From Eledone cirrhosa (Eukaryota): DNA of 64,000 nt. This document shows, one piece after another, positions 46,873-58,670 of the stretch. Location: assembly GCA_964016885.1 (NCBI GenBank), contig OZ024740.1, positions 22,196,001 to 22,260,000 on the forward strand. The letters run 5' to 3'. Every line of letters starts with the position of its first letter. Positions within the stretch are counted from its first letter, which is position 1. A model generated the notes under the pieces. It searched no databases. It was not told the origin of the DNA and saw only the letters and a program-made list of their open reading frames with translations. Made by a program: the position numbers and the translations under genes.

Positions 46873-47310
46873 AAATAAGGACGATTGGTTACTAGTTCGA
46901 CTCTAGATCGTTACAGGTCGAACCTTGAACTGATCAGTGGCGAAACGCGCGTCACCAACCAATAAACGTAATGGAGTAACCAATCGTCCTTGTTTTATTT
47001 TATTTTACTATAATACACTGTCTAGCTTTACACCTCGACACTGAAGTGAACCTAATATATATATATATATATATATATATCCATCCATCCAGGGAGTGTA
47101 ACTTGGAGTTACTGTAGGTTCACTTCTGATCGAGGTGTAGAGCTATACAGTGATTATAGCAACATAAATCAAGGACGATTGTTACTTCTTCATTACGTTT
47201 ATTTGGTTGGTGACGCGCGTTTCGCCACTGATCAGCTCAAGGTTCGAGCTATATCGATCTAGCCCAACTCTGTAATCCACGGCTCGTCAGACCCCTTACA
47301 ATGGTAATGA
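46866..47310. mobile_element. Two tail-to-tail Penelope/retrozyme-like terminal repeats inside (TA)n arrays
   Basis: 46915-47054 (+) is the reverse complement of about 47114-47250; the + copy starts with an inverted piece of its own 3' region; TA runs flank and separate the copies. Confidence 0.7.
47209..47293 (-). ncRNA. Type I hammerhead ribozyme with extended stem II and palindromic stem III
   Basis: Minus strand: ggt-CTGACGA-gccg..(about 50 nt)..tggc-GAAA-CGCGCG-TC-acc; complete canonical core, GUC site, AATAAA downstream. Confidence 0.7.
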
Positions 47311-47484
47311 ATATATATATATATATATATATATAATCTCAAAGTATCGGGATCCGACGGCTGAGCTCTTGCTCTTTCAATAGCTAGTTTCAAACTCTAT
47401 GTATTTTCATTTCATCCTAGATTTGCTGATATAAGCTGTGTAGCATATACAAATTTAATAGATTAATTATTTCTTTCTCTCCAG

Positions 47485-47634
47485 TCTGTTCCCTACTGTT
47501 CTCCTCTTCTGTTGTTGCTGGAGCTGGTTTCTTAACAATTTCAGTCACTTCCAATCTACAGCGATCACAACTTATGTATCCTTTGATGTTAATTGGTCGA
47601 ATGTTACTAGGTATTGGTACTGGATCTCTCCGAA
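47485..47634 (+). CDS. MFSD1-like exon 5 (ICSLLFSSSVVAGAGFLTISVTSNLQRSQLMYPLMLIGRMLLGIGTGSLR)
   Basis: ctctccag| ... a|gtaagt; phase 1 to phase 1; GRxxxGIG motif. Confidence 0.9.
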
Positions 47635-48789
47635 GTAAGTACATTATATCTTTTATATCTTTTATATTTTACATGGACTTCCCCCGAAGATCATGTATAT
47701 ATATTCACATAAATTTGAATTTCAAAGATTTGTATTTTGTATATAATATATAAATCATTGAATACAATTTTTAATATCCAAGTTACAGTGTTTGAACTCC
47801 CAAGATGTTAATTATATTCTCCATCTCCGACTCACTAACTTTTCATCGAAAAATGGAAATGAATGATGCCCAGGTAAAATATATTCTAGAATAGGATTGA
47901 ATAGGATTAAATGCAATGTACTATTCTGAATATGAAAGTGCATGGCTTAGTGGTTAAAGCGTTGGCCTTGCAATTGGGAGGTTGTGAATTCGATTCTCGA
48001 ACCAGGTGGTGCATTGTGTCCGAGCAAGAAACTTTATTTCACGTTATTCCAGTTTACTCAGCTGTAAACGTTGTGACGTTATCGGCCATTGCCTTTCTTT
48101 CACAATATTGGCGGCGCGGTATACACGGGCGATTGGTGGTTTTCCACAAAAAACCTTGCCTGGACTTGCGCTTCGGAGGGGAACTTTCTAGGTGAAAATC
48201 CTATAGTCATTAGTGGCCAATGGGGGCTTTCTTTTTCTCCTATTCTGAATATATATTTAATACCTGTATAACTTTCCAATTACTTCCAAGCTAACTTTAT
48301 GTGAAATTGGGGGGGTTGTGTATTATAATTTTTTTGTATATGAGGCCCCCTCCCAAACCTGAAGTCCCTCTGCCCCCCCCCCCTCCCCAGTTTAAATCCA
48401 ATCTTGTGTGCAATCCATTCAACAGGTTTCCAAATAGTTTGTCCACATTTATTCACAAAGCTTTGAATATACCCAGGGCTTTGGTAAATGGAACTTGCCC
48501 AAGATGCCACGTACTGTAATAGAGGCCAGAGTGTTACCGTTTCAAAGTGAACTTCGGTTATGCTGTGTTCATAACCTTTTGGTTTAATCTTTTGTAATGA
48601 AATGCTTCAGTGGTAGACTTGTTGTAAGCATCCCAATCAAGTCGTAGGTTGTCATCTGTGGCTAGCATTAATCTGTTCACCCCGAAATTAACATTTGAGT
48701 TAATCAACAGTGCTGAATTTTACAGAATTTTAAAATTGAAGATAATTCTCTGTTGACAAATTCTATTAATATTATTCTAAATATTTCTC

Positions 48790-48821
<32 letters not shown>

Positions 48822-48949
48822 GTGGTGGGTAGTTTGAAGATATTGCGAAAGGTGTCCCACGTTTAACCAAATATATGTACATGACAGCTAGAGACTTCGT
48901 TAAGAATGCAAGACACATGTGGTTATTAAAATATTCTTTGAAATTTCAG

Positions 48950-49108
48950 TCGTACAAGACAGAATTGTAGCTTTCTGGTTTGAAAAAGACGAACTGGCTT
49001 CAGCTTATGGTATCATTATGGCTATTGCTCGACTGGGAAGTGTGATAAATTTTCTAATAACTAAAAACTTGGAGCATCGCTTCGGCTTAACCAAAACACT
49101 TTTGTTTG
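48950..49108 (+). CDS. MFSD1-like exon 6 (IVQDRIVAFWFEKDELASAYGIIMAIARLGSVINFLITKNLEHRFGLTKTLLF)
   Basis: atttcag| ... g|gtaagt; WFxxxEL and ARLGS motifs. Confidence 0.92.
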
Positions 49109-49362
49109 GTAAGTTAACTTATTTGTATTTTCTCACAGACGTCTGATTGAATCTACTCGGCTGTGATTGTTGTCACTAGCAACAGTTTAAGGTAAAGTAA
49201 ATATAGACATAACAGCTTTTCAGTTGATGTTTTCGTTGTGAAAAAGATGAAGTGTAAACACTTGTTACTATTTCCTCTGTACACAGAAAAACATAAGGAA
49301 TTACTGCATTTCATATTTTCGTCTCATAGTAATTCTAATAAGTAGATGTCTTCTGATAAGTA

Positions 49363-49548
49363 TGGATTGGCAGTATCGGTAAAGGGTCGGACGCCATGCT
49401 TTGCAGCAAAGTTACGGCCCTTTATAGTCGGAGTTCAAATGCCGCCGAGGTTAACTTTATCTTCCATCCTTACGGGGGTCGATAAAATAAAGTACCAGTA
49501 ATACACTGGGATAATTGTTGGCCTTGTGCTAAAAGTAGAAACAATTAT
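49363..49548 (+). mobile_element. SINE family B
   Basis: Near-consensus copy; others at about 33905-34305 (-), 38185, 40682, 41950 (-), 45985, 50023 and 50650. Confidence 0.85.
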
Positions 49549-50511
49549 TCTGTCAAGCAGGATGTAGAGTATAAATGAAATAATCAATATAATTTGTATG
49601 ACACGTTTTCGTTTAGCAACGTAACTGTTTAATATATATGCTAGCACACCGCATATATTAGATTTGATATAAATGTAATGTAGATAGCAATTTTTGAATT
49701 AGAAGCCTCGCTGTGAAAAGAATGAAATAAGTGATTGGATGTTGGACACCTATAACCAACGATGCCGTTCCCAAAATACACAGTATAAAATAAAATATAA
49801 GAAAACGTGACTTTTGAAACCTAGGTTTCGTATTTCACATGGCTTTGTCGTTCTCTAACCAATCAAGATATCTGTATCCATCACAATGGAATGGATTTCC
49901 GTCCATTTCGACGATGAGCGTTTTTGTTGTTTGATTAACAGAGCGGCCTGTCCATGAAATTAACTGAGCATTCCAGACAGGTTTAACCATAACGTAATTC
50001 TAAAATATTCATTGTGCTAAGAGCGGTGGAGGGTCGAAAACGTGCTTTGTTATAATTACGGCCCTTTACCATCTGAGTTCACATCTTGCCTAGGTTACCT
50101 TTGTCTTTCATCCAGAAATGCACTGGGGTCGATTTAATTGACTTTTCCTGCCCCCAAATGGTTGGCCTTGTGCCTAAATCAGAAACGAATATTCAGAATT
50201 TGTTTACCTGATTTCGCTCATAAGGCTTGGCTGTTTCCAGAGCTATGATGACTTTTGTTCAAGATGCCTTACAGTGGATTCGAACGCTATGATTGCCAAG
50301 CAGACGTCTTAACAATTCAGCCATACTTGGTTCATATTCAGTCAACAGCTACAAGAAAGTTATGGTTTAAATTGGATCTCTGTTCGGGATTTACCTGAAC
50401 CTTTTCTAGAATTCACTATTGTGGTTTTTGAAAAAGTTATATTTCGAAGATGTTAATGTTATGTAAAACTTTATCTCCATGTTATTATATTTTGTAATTG
50501 TATTGTTTCAG

Positions 50512-50618
50512 GTTTCTTTCTGTGTCTGTTCAGTCTTGGCTTAGCACTTATACTGGCTCTCTTCGAATATTCTACACAACAGGATGAGGATGAAAGTCAA
50601 GAAAAACCTAAAGTACCG
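50512..50618 (+). CDS. MFSD1-like exon 7 (GFFLCLFSLGLALILALFEYSTQQDEDESQEKPKVP)
   Basis: gtttcag| ... ccg|gtaagt; TM6 plus central loop. Confidence 0.88.
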
Positions 50619-51019
50619 GTAAGTACCCAGACAGAATCATTAGATAGGGCTCTTTGTTCTGAGTTCAAATCTCGCCTAGGTCAACTTTAACTCTCAAACT
50701 TCGAGTCGATAAAATATAGAAATCCAGTACTGGAGTTGATTTAAACATTCAGCTCTCACAACTTGTTAGTTTTATGTCTAAATCAGAAAATATCATTTTG
50801 GTGTAGTTATTCAGGAGGTGACGTTCTCTAAGTGGAGCTGTCTGCTAACGTCACTGCATCAGTTTAATCTTTTCGTAGATTAAACTGAAAATTAAAATTT
50901 TATACGCTTCGCTTGTTTGGTGTCATACGCCAGAAATAATTGGCTCTATAAATGACTAGTGCGCTTTCGGCTATAGGGTCGACATATGACTAAAAACTAA
51001 TTATCATTGTTAATTGCTA

Positions 51020-51050
<31 letters not shown>

Positions 51051-51074
51051 ATACTTAGATTTTTCTTCTTCCAG

Positions 51075-51175
51075 ACCATGCGTGACCTGAAAAAACTTTC
51101 TAGCCTTTATTGGATGATAAACATTTCCAGATTGTTTTTCTTCAATGGAGTTGTTCAATTCGTGGTTGACTCAAC
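51075..51175 (+). CDS. MFSD1-like exon 8 (TMRDLKKLSSLYWMINISRLFFFNGVVQFVVDST)
   Basis: cttccag| ... ac|gtaag; phase 0 to phase 2. Confidence 0.88.
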
Positions 51176-52030
51176 GTAAGTATTAATGGTGTTTCCACAC
51201 AGAAGAAATGTATAATGTAAAGACAAAGCATCTCGTTGAATTCTGCTGACTTTTGACCTTCATGTTTATGGCGAGTATATGAAGGAGGGAGGGGAAGTTA
51301 GATGTTTCCGATCCATGAAACCGGACTGGGAAAGTAACCTAAAGAGAATGTGTTCTTTCGGGAGACTTAAGTGTCTGGAGAAGCAATATATATATTAAGA
51401 ATGAAGATTAAATTCAACGTTACATGTACCACTGTCTTGCTTTATGGTGGTGAATTGTGGGTCATCACACTGGATTATTTAATGTATCTAACATAGAACG
51501 TAGAGATAATGAATAATACTGGGTATCAAATGCTCTGATCGCGTGTCAACATTGATTTATAGGAAGAACATCACCATTCCTCCACTACCTGATCCTTCGT
51601 AAGCTCATATTTGTCAGTCAAGTATTGACTCTCAGAAACTGTGCCGCCTTTTCTCAAATACGTGATGTATGTCCCACGACTTGGTGCAAGGAATCCAGGC
51701 CGGCAGAAGAGACGGTATTTAGAGCATATCTAGGAGCAGCTAGGCGACCGAGACTGGCTAATGGAACTAGAGAATAACCCTAGTCTGTCTTGGCAAAATA
51801 GCTGCTTGTACATTTATAATACCGAACCTAATGTACCAATGATGGCCCCCATTTCACATAAATACCATATATTTCAGGATTTGAATGTTATCTTGAAAAA
51901 TATGTTCTTCCCCTTCAAATATGCTTGACTAGACGTTTGAAATATTTCCTCTTATGCCTTGTTTTATTCCTTGAAATCTTTCGATAAACTTCGCGAATTT
52001 ATCTCCCCCAATTCCTTTTTCCATTTGAAG

Positions 52031-52139
52031 AGAATTTTTCCAAGACAAATACAATATAAATCCAGAACGTTCAGCTTACATTATTGGAGCTATATACGAT
52101 GTTGGAATGATCTGTTCCCCTCTCGTTGGATTTTTCGCG
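52031..52139 (+). CDS. MFSD1-like exon 9 (EFFQDKYNINPERSAYIIGAIYDVGMICSPLVGFFA)
   Basis: tttgaag| ... gcg|gtagg; FFxxKY and SPxxG motifs. Confidence 0.88.
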
Positions 52140-52328
52140 GTAGGTGCTAATATATTCTCCAGATCTTTTTTCAATGATAAATTATATCCGTAAACTGTAT
52201 AAATATTCTTGGAATGCATTAGTCAAATGTCCTTTGTTTAAAGAAAGGATGTAATTTATGGGCTGAGTCTCATTCTAGCATGTCGAATGACTCATTAGTA
52301 TGGGAAGTGATCACGTAGGCTAACTGGT

Positions 52329-52370
<42 letters not shown>

Positions 52371-52399
52371 TAGTCAAATATTGTAAACAAGAATACTTC

Positions 52400-52770
52400 T
52401 TGGCGATACTCACGATTTCTCGAAATGGAGCTTCTCTGAAGGGTCTTTGGAGTAACGACACTCGATAGTGCGTAGCTCGGAGATCAGTCAATCCAGGTAG
52501 AGCCGCTACTTCTCCGAATTGAGAGATCACAGCTCCAATACTATGGGAATGTAGTTATGTCTCGGCAAAGAATCGCTGGACAGATTTTACGGGCAAAACC
52601 AACCGACAAGAGACCCAGGAGTAGATCTCGAGGAAGATGGTTGGATAACATGAGATTAGTTAGTCTCGTTTGGTGATCCTGCTGGATCAGTTGGAGACGG
52701 TTGCTTCTGACAGGACTAGCTAGAGGAAGTTTGAGGACTTTGACTTCACAACCCTCTCAGGTCGAAAGAA
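52400..52770 (+). mobile_element. RTE-clade LINE 3' fragment
   Basis: Homologous to 33295-33690 in the opposite orientation. Confidence 0.7.
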
Positions 52771-53509
52771 AGAATTATTGTAAACTTCGCTGTTTCATAA
52801 GTGGAGTGTAACCTAAATTAGAATCATATACACCCTCGAGGAAGAAGTTTCGGGCTGGACTCTTCGTTTGTCTCCTGAAAGTTTGTTCAAAATGTTATCT
52901 CCCTTTTCAAGACGGAAAAACATTTCATTTTGCAAATATCTTGTATAAACTATATGGACACTTGTCTGGGTTCACAATTCTGAGGATCCAGTTTCACTTC
53001 TGCCTCAAGACATCTTAGGCAAAAGCTTATCAACCTTAGCTTTAGGTCTAACCAAGCTTAGTAAGTGAAATTTCCTAGATGCAAACCGCGTGAAAGCCTG
53101 TTAGTTGGATTATACCAGTAATTTAAGGATCAAGCATCATTACTGTCTCACTGCGGGTTCGTGCCTGTGGAATGCATCGTTAATTTTGACGAACCAGAGG
53201 TTTTAACTGATAAAACTGCATGCTCATCGTCGCAACCGGTGGGGGAGCCATCATTTTCTCCAGAACGGATCTTTGTTTCCTCTGGTTCAACCGTTTCACT
53301 TTGATAGTGTAACGTATCGATAACATTAACTAAATTTCTATCGCAACTTAGTCTTGTAGTTAATTTCTATTTGAATGGTAGTATGGTAGTGTTATAGTAA
53401 GGTGGTGGTGTGTTATAGTAAGGTGGTGTTATAGTATGGTGGTGCGTTATAGCATAGTGTTTATAGCACTTTAGTACTGTTTAAAGTCATGTTTAACGGT
53501 AGTCGTGTG

Positions 53510-53856
53510 TTTATATTTAAACACATGACTATATTTAAACACATGACTATATTTAAACACATGACTATATTTAAACACATGACTATATTTAAACACATGA
53601 CTATATTTAAACACATGACTATATTTAAACACATGACTATATTTAAACGCATGACTATATTTAAACGCATGACTATATTTAAACGCATGACTATATTTAA
53701 ACGCATGACTATATTTAAACGCATGACTATATTTAAACGCATGACTATATTTAAACGCATGACTATATTTAAACGCATGACTATATTTAAACGCATGACT
53801 ATATTTAAACGCATGACTATATTTAAACGCATGACTATATTTAAACGCATGACTAT
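53510..53856. repeat. 18-bp minisatellite (ATATTTAAACRCATGACT), about 19 copies
   Basis: Read directly; an A-to-G variant block starts at about 53640. Confidence 0.97.
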
Positions 53857-54550
53857 AGTAGCGTGTTTAAATATAGTAATTTTTATAGTAGCGTGTTTAA
53901 ATATAGTAATTTTTATAGTAGCGTGTTTAAATATAGTAATTTTTATAGTAGCGTGTTTAAATATAGTAATTTTTATAGTAGCGTGTTTAAATATAGTAAT
54001 TTTTATAGTAGCGTGTTTAAATATAGTAATTTTTATAGTAGCGTGTTTAAATATAGTAATTTTTATAGTAGCGTGTTTAAATATAGTAATTTTTATAGTA
54101 GCGTGTTTAAATATAGTAACTTTTATAGTAGCGTGTTTAAATATAGTAACTTTTATAGTAGCGTGGTTAAATATAGTAACTTTTATAGTAGCGTGTTTAA
54201 ATATAGTAACTTTTATAGTAGCGTGTTTAAATATAGTAACTTTTATAGTAGCGTGTTTAAATATAGTAACTTTTATAGTAGCGTGTTTAAATATAGTAAC
54301 TTTTATAGTAGCGTGTTTAAATATAGTAACTTTTATAGTAGCGTGTTTAAATATAGTAACTTTTATAGTAGCGTGTTTAAATATAGTAACTTTTATAGTA
54401 GCGTGGTTAAATATAGTAACTTTTATAGTAGCGTGGTTAAATATAGTAACTTTTATAGTAGCGTGGTTAAATATAGTAACTTTTATAGTAGCGTGTTTAA
54501 AATATAGTAACTTTTATAGTAGCGTGTTTAAATATAGTAATTTTTATAGT
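53854..54550. repeat. 30-bp minisatellite (ATAGTAGCGTGTTTAAATATAGTAAYTTTT), about 23 copies
   Basis: Read directly; contains the reverse complement of the 18-mer core. Confidence 0.97.
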
Positions 54551-54615
54551 AACATGTTTATATACGTGTATTTAAATAGTCATTCCTGTATTTAATAATT
54601 TCTATTTAAATATAG

Positions 54616-54753
54616 GATTATACTAAATCTGTGAAACAGATGTTGTTTGTTGGTATCATCAGTTTGTTTCCTGTGTTTCTGGTGTTGGCCTATACAGATT
54701 TAAACCCTATAATCGGTACCGTATGGATTGGATTGTGTCTCACTGTATGTGTG
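54616..54753 (+). CDS. MFSD1-like exon 10 (DYTKSVKQMLFVGIISLFPVFLVLAYTDLNPIIGTVWIGLCLTVCV)
   Basis: aatatag| ... gtg|gtaaga; phase 0 to phase 0; two hydrophobic helices. Confidence 0.88.
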
Positions 54754-55652
54754 GTAAGATATTTTCATATTTTCTGTGTCTACCCATACTGGAGTACCAG
54801 CTCCTATTTTTAAGCCTAGGGATGCCAGGCCCTTTCTAGTGTTTAATCTGGGACTAGTTTTATTGAACTTCATTTATCGACTAGTTAAGTTGAATAGTTG
54901 CATTCTTTTAGTTCTCCCCACCCCCTTTTACGTCCGTATGTTTGGAGATAAGCAAACCTGTCTATACGTATTCCTACGCGCATGTGCCAGCGCATGGAGG
55001 GGAATGCGCCATTTAGTTGCTATGTTATACAAAATACATTGTCTGCACAAAAAAGTATATTAATCAGAAACGAAGTCGAATAGATTTCTTAAATCCCCCA
55101 CAAAATTCACGAATTAGTAAGTTATCCTTGATTGGGTGAGGGGACAGATTGAGATAAACTTGGCCTTTTCCAGTCTCTCTCACCCTCCAGCCTCCCCCTC
55201 CTTGTTCTCGCTTTCTTCCCCTTTCGTTCCCTGCTCTCCCTTTTGCTCCCTGCTTTCTAGTCATTAAACCGCAAGTTGCATTAAAGGGAAATAATTTGGT
55301 AAGGGAAGTAATTGAGATTTCTGAATGTAAGGGAGATAAATAAAACTTTCGAACAGCATAGTCGCTCTAGTCATGGATGTCTCGTCTTGTAAGACCAGTG
55401 AGGGATAACCATATATTTGAGGTGCTCCACAAAATTCACGAAGAAAATTCCGTGAAAAATTAAATATATATTCACTTTTAATTGAATTATGCAAGACATA
55501 CAATATATTAATTTCTTAATGATCGACTAAGATAAAATTATGGTGACGAAAACATTTGTCTTGGCGTGGGTCAAGTTGTTTATAATGTAAATGCGGTAGG
55601 TTGATCTCTAACTTATTTGCTTCCCCGTTTATTTCAACAACTCTCTATACAT

Positions 55653-55800
55653 GAGTGGAGACATCTGGTGTCCTTGGCCCCAAGACCACCTCCCTACTCA
55701 CCACCATCGGCACGGAGTTGGCTGTGAGCCTTGCGAGCTGGAATGGTTTTCCAACACATCTTCCTCGCCATCCTCTGGGGAAACGCCATCTCTATTCTGT
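55653..55800 (+). mobile_element. CRE-like 3' relic
   Basis: VETSGVLGPKTTSLLTTIGTELA; same family as 21355-21700; another copy at 57150-57350 (-). Confidence 0.6.
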
Positions 55801-56029
55801 CCCCCCCCCCCATTTGCCTATAATAGAAGAGAGCAAGTAAGCATCAACGTTATTTACTTGTAATCTCGCACACTGGAAAGCTACAATATCTAGTGAACAC
55901 TTTAAACATGTGTGCAAGCAATGGAGAAGCTGAGACACTCATTTTTATAACATTGTCACACACGCACACTCGTATACACGTGTACGAGAGCGAGAACCCT
56001 TACTTATAACAAACCTATTTTATTTCTAG

Positions 56030-56169
56030 ATCTGCTATTGGCCAGTTATGACTAAAGTGATCCCACCATATCTACTCGGTTCTGGTTTAGGAATTTGTAC
56101 TTCTTTGACAGCAGTTGGTGTCGGAACAACATCGTTTATTGTTGGTAAAATTCTTGAACATGATGACGG
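56030..56169 (+). CDS. MFSD1-like exon 11 (ICYWPVMTKVIPPYLLGSGLGICTSLTAVGVGTTSFIVGKILEHDDG)
   Basis: tttctag| ... gg|gtaagt; WP..IP..LG motif. Confidence 0.9.
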
Positions 56170-56663
56170 GTAAGTATGCTTTACAATTTTTTTTTTTTTT
56201 TCTATAGTTTTCTTTCAATACCTCCTATAAAAACGGATAATAAGCGGAGTAATACTGTGCATTCTCCACGTGCTACACATACAATCCAAATGTCTTTCTA
56301 TTTAAACTAAATATATATTTTTATAAGGTGTTCTGAATAAAGGACTGGAAGGTTTTTCATTTGGTTGCTGAATCAGGGCTGACTTCTTGCGATGTGAATA
56401 ACTGTACATTTTAGCTGTTTTAAAGGCTCTTGTGAATGTCATATATATATATACAACCACATCAGTGGGGGGGGGGGGGGGGGGGACTATTTAAAAATTT
56501 TTATTTGTGTGTGTGATTTCTTCTTTCAAACAAACTAAATAATCATTGTAATGTAGAGCTAGGTTAAAAGTAATATATTACTCGGTTATGTCCCTTTAAC
56601 ATTTGTTGCTTCCCTTATTTTATCGTCCCTGGAAGTGTACTAATAACTTTTGTTTAATTCCAG

Positions 56664-56778
56664 TACAACTCAATCTCAGATGCTTCACCTATGGCGGATC
56701 ACCATGATATATTTAACCCTGAATGTTTTTTTCTCCTTCCTCTTCATCTGTATCTTCTTCCTCATGGATAAAAATCAG
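56664..56778 (+). CDS. MFSD1-like exon 12 (TTQSQMLHLWRITMIYLTLNVFFSFLFICIFFLMDKNQ; last TM)
   Basis: attccag| ... cag|gtaaat; if unspliced it reads on VNNPTFFI to TAA at 56805. Confidence 0.85.
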
Positions 56779-56801
56779 GTAAATAATCCAACATTTTTTA
56801 T

Positions 56802-57000
56802 TTAATCTTTAACGTTGACATTACTCTATATTATATTTTCATGGTAAAGGCTTCATCTCATAATATCGAATGAGATTCTGATATTTATTTTGAGAACAAT
56901 ACCTTAACATCAGTATGAGCAGCCAGTGATGGCCAATTTGAACTGAAAGAGGTGAGAGAATTTTGGCCAGATACAACCGGTTTAAATGCTAAAGAGTTAA
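56802..57000. mobile_element. piggyBac-like MITE, second copy
   Basis: TTAA at both ends; colinear with 24324-24548. Confidence 0.65.
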
Positions 57001-57894
57001 TCTGATACTTTGCTTTCCATCTTCTTGAGATAAAATACCACTCGATGAAATGGGTGCCTCAGTGTCTGTGAATCTTACACCAGGTCCGGACACAACGGAA
57101 CCAAACTCCTATTACTGCTTCAGTCTCTCGCGCTCTCCATCTCTCGATATTATAAACAAATGGGAGCCCACGTGCTGGCCGCCCGCGACCCAGGCGGACA
57201 GAATAGAGGTTTCCCCGGGGGATGGCAAGGGAGACGCGTTGGAAAAGCCATTCCAGCTTGTGAGGGTCACATCTGCAGGTATTCAACGTTGTGACAATGG
57301 TGGTGAGTAGGGAGGTGACCCTAGGGCCAAGGACACCAGATGTCTCCATTGTATATCAGTTGCATGTATTTTAGTGAGTTTGGTCAGGCTGGAGACATTT
57401 GAGAGGTCAGTCCTTCAGTGAAACGTAAGTGTCTGAGCATATTTCAGAGAATAAGTTTGGTTATTTGCAATCGTCAAGTTGTCAGTTCAATCTCCGTGAC
57501 CATAGCAACAGGTCAACTCATGTCGAGAGTGAAATTGGGTAGAAACAAATAGTTTGGAAGTCCGTCGTGTTGACTATACCTGTAATTCAAAAGGCCTGCG
57601 TTGATACATTGTCAAGCTGAATCTCCCTGAGAATTATGTTAAGGATACATGTATTTGTGGGAGAATTATCTAGATATACCTTAATTTTATGAGGAAGCTG
57701 TGTCGTTGCTGGAATTAGAACACTTCTCGTGGATACCAGAGGTACGCCTAATCCCTCTTTATGGTAGTGTAGTCATTGGTAAGGGTGTGATGTATGGCCT
57801 ATACTGTTGCTGCTTTCTTACTAGAAGAAATGATTTCTCTGAAAGTTGATGAAATATCCACAAATCTGATAGTTTGAATCTTATACCCGACAGC

Positions 57895-58014
57895 CAGTGC
57901 TGGATTTACCATTGTACTTACCCTCCCCGGCAAAAGTTTTTCAAATGCCAAACGTTCAAAGGGGCCTCATAACTTAACTAGCGCAAGGCCTCTTTTGTCC
58001 TAAATCCGACACTG
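57895..58014. mobile_element. Short hAT-like MITE
   Basis: CAGTGCTGGATTTA / TAAATCCGACACTG inverted termini; imperfect 8-bp duplication ccgacagc/ctggcagc. Confidence 0.55.
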
Positions 58015-58359
58015 CTGGCAGCTGGCTAAATGATCTAGTTTATCTGTATATAAGCGCTGTTTTGTCTCATCGATTCGCCTGGGAATCGTAGAGGTAACTC
58101 GTTATTGGTTGATAGTCGGTCCATGGGCCTAGATATGTAATTGCCAACTGGCACCTTGAGCGGACCACCATCTTCGTAATTGGCACCTTGCGCGGACCAC
58201 CATCTTTCAAGAATTCAGAATAGGTTTCAGATTTGAAAATGACTCCCTTCGCCTCCCTTAACTCTAAGAGGATCTGCAATAAAGATTGAACGCTATTTTC
58301 TCTTTTAGTAAATGGTGTAAAAGTAAAAATAAGACTTTAGTAACAATAACTTACATTAT

Positions 58360-58670
58360 TGTAATCAAAACAGCACAGCTCCCATGACTTTCGGAAACAT
58401 TTGTTCACGCTCAGTTGCTGAAGCATGGAACAAACTACCTGCATCAGTTGTTAGCTGTCGAGACACTGCATTCTTTAAAACTTCCATGCTTCCTGAGATT
58501 CGCCAACACTACACACGATGTCCTTCCTCCTTACACATGCACACATGTATTTCATGACTCGTACACTGTTCATTTTCCTGACATTTGTACTTTATTTTAT
58601 GTACAATACATGCACTTTTGATGAGTTGTAGTGCACCTGAGCACTGTACACAATAATTTCATTATTATTA
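58360..58670 (+). mobile_element. CR1/L2-type LINE 3' fragment
   Basis: FRKHLF..VAEAWNKLPASVVSCRDTAFFK C-terminal motif and (ATT)n tail. Confidence 0.65.

Larger units (their letters stand above)
33748..56778 (+). other. Spliced gene: MFSD1-like major facilitator superfamily transporter (12 coding exons found, 441 codons; last exon or stop unresolved)
   Basis: All exons are bounded by AG/GT with compatible phases and join into one ORF with MFSD1-family motifs (SFGANYCYDMP, LYTSYSWSN, GFLTDKFG, GRMLLGIG, WFEKDELA..ARLGS, YWP..IP..LG). Confidence 0.88.

Noticed and set aside
53461-54595. Repetitive ORFs (IFKRMT)n, (IVACLNIVTF)n and (FKYSNFYSSV)n
   Set aside because: Translations of 18- and 30-bp minisatellites inside intron 9
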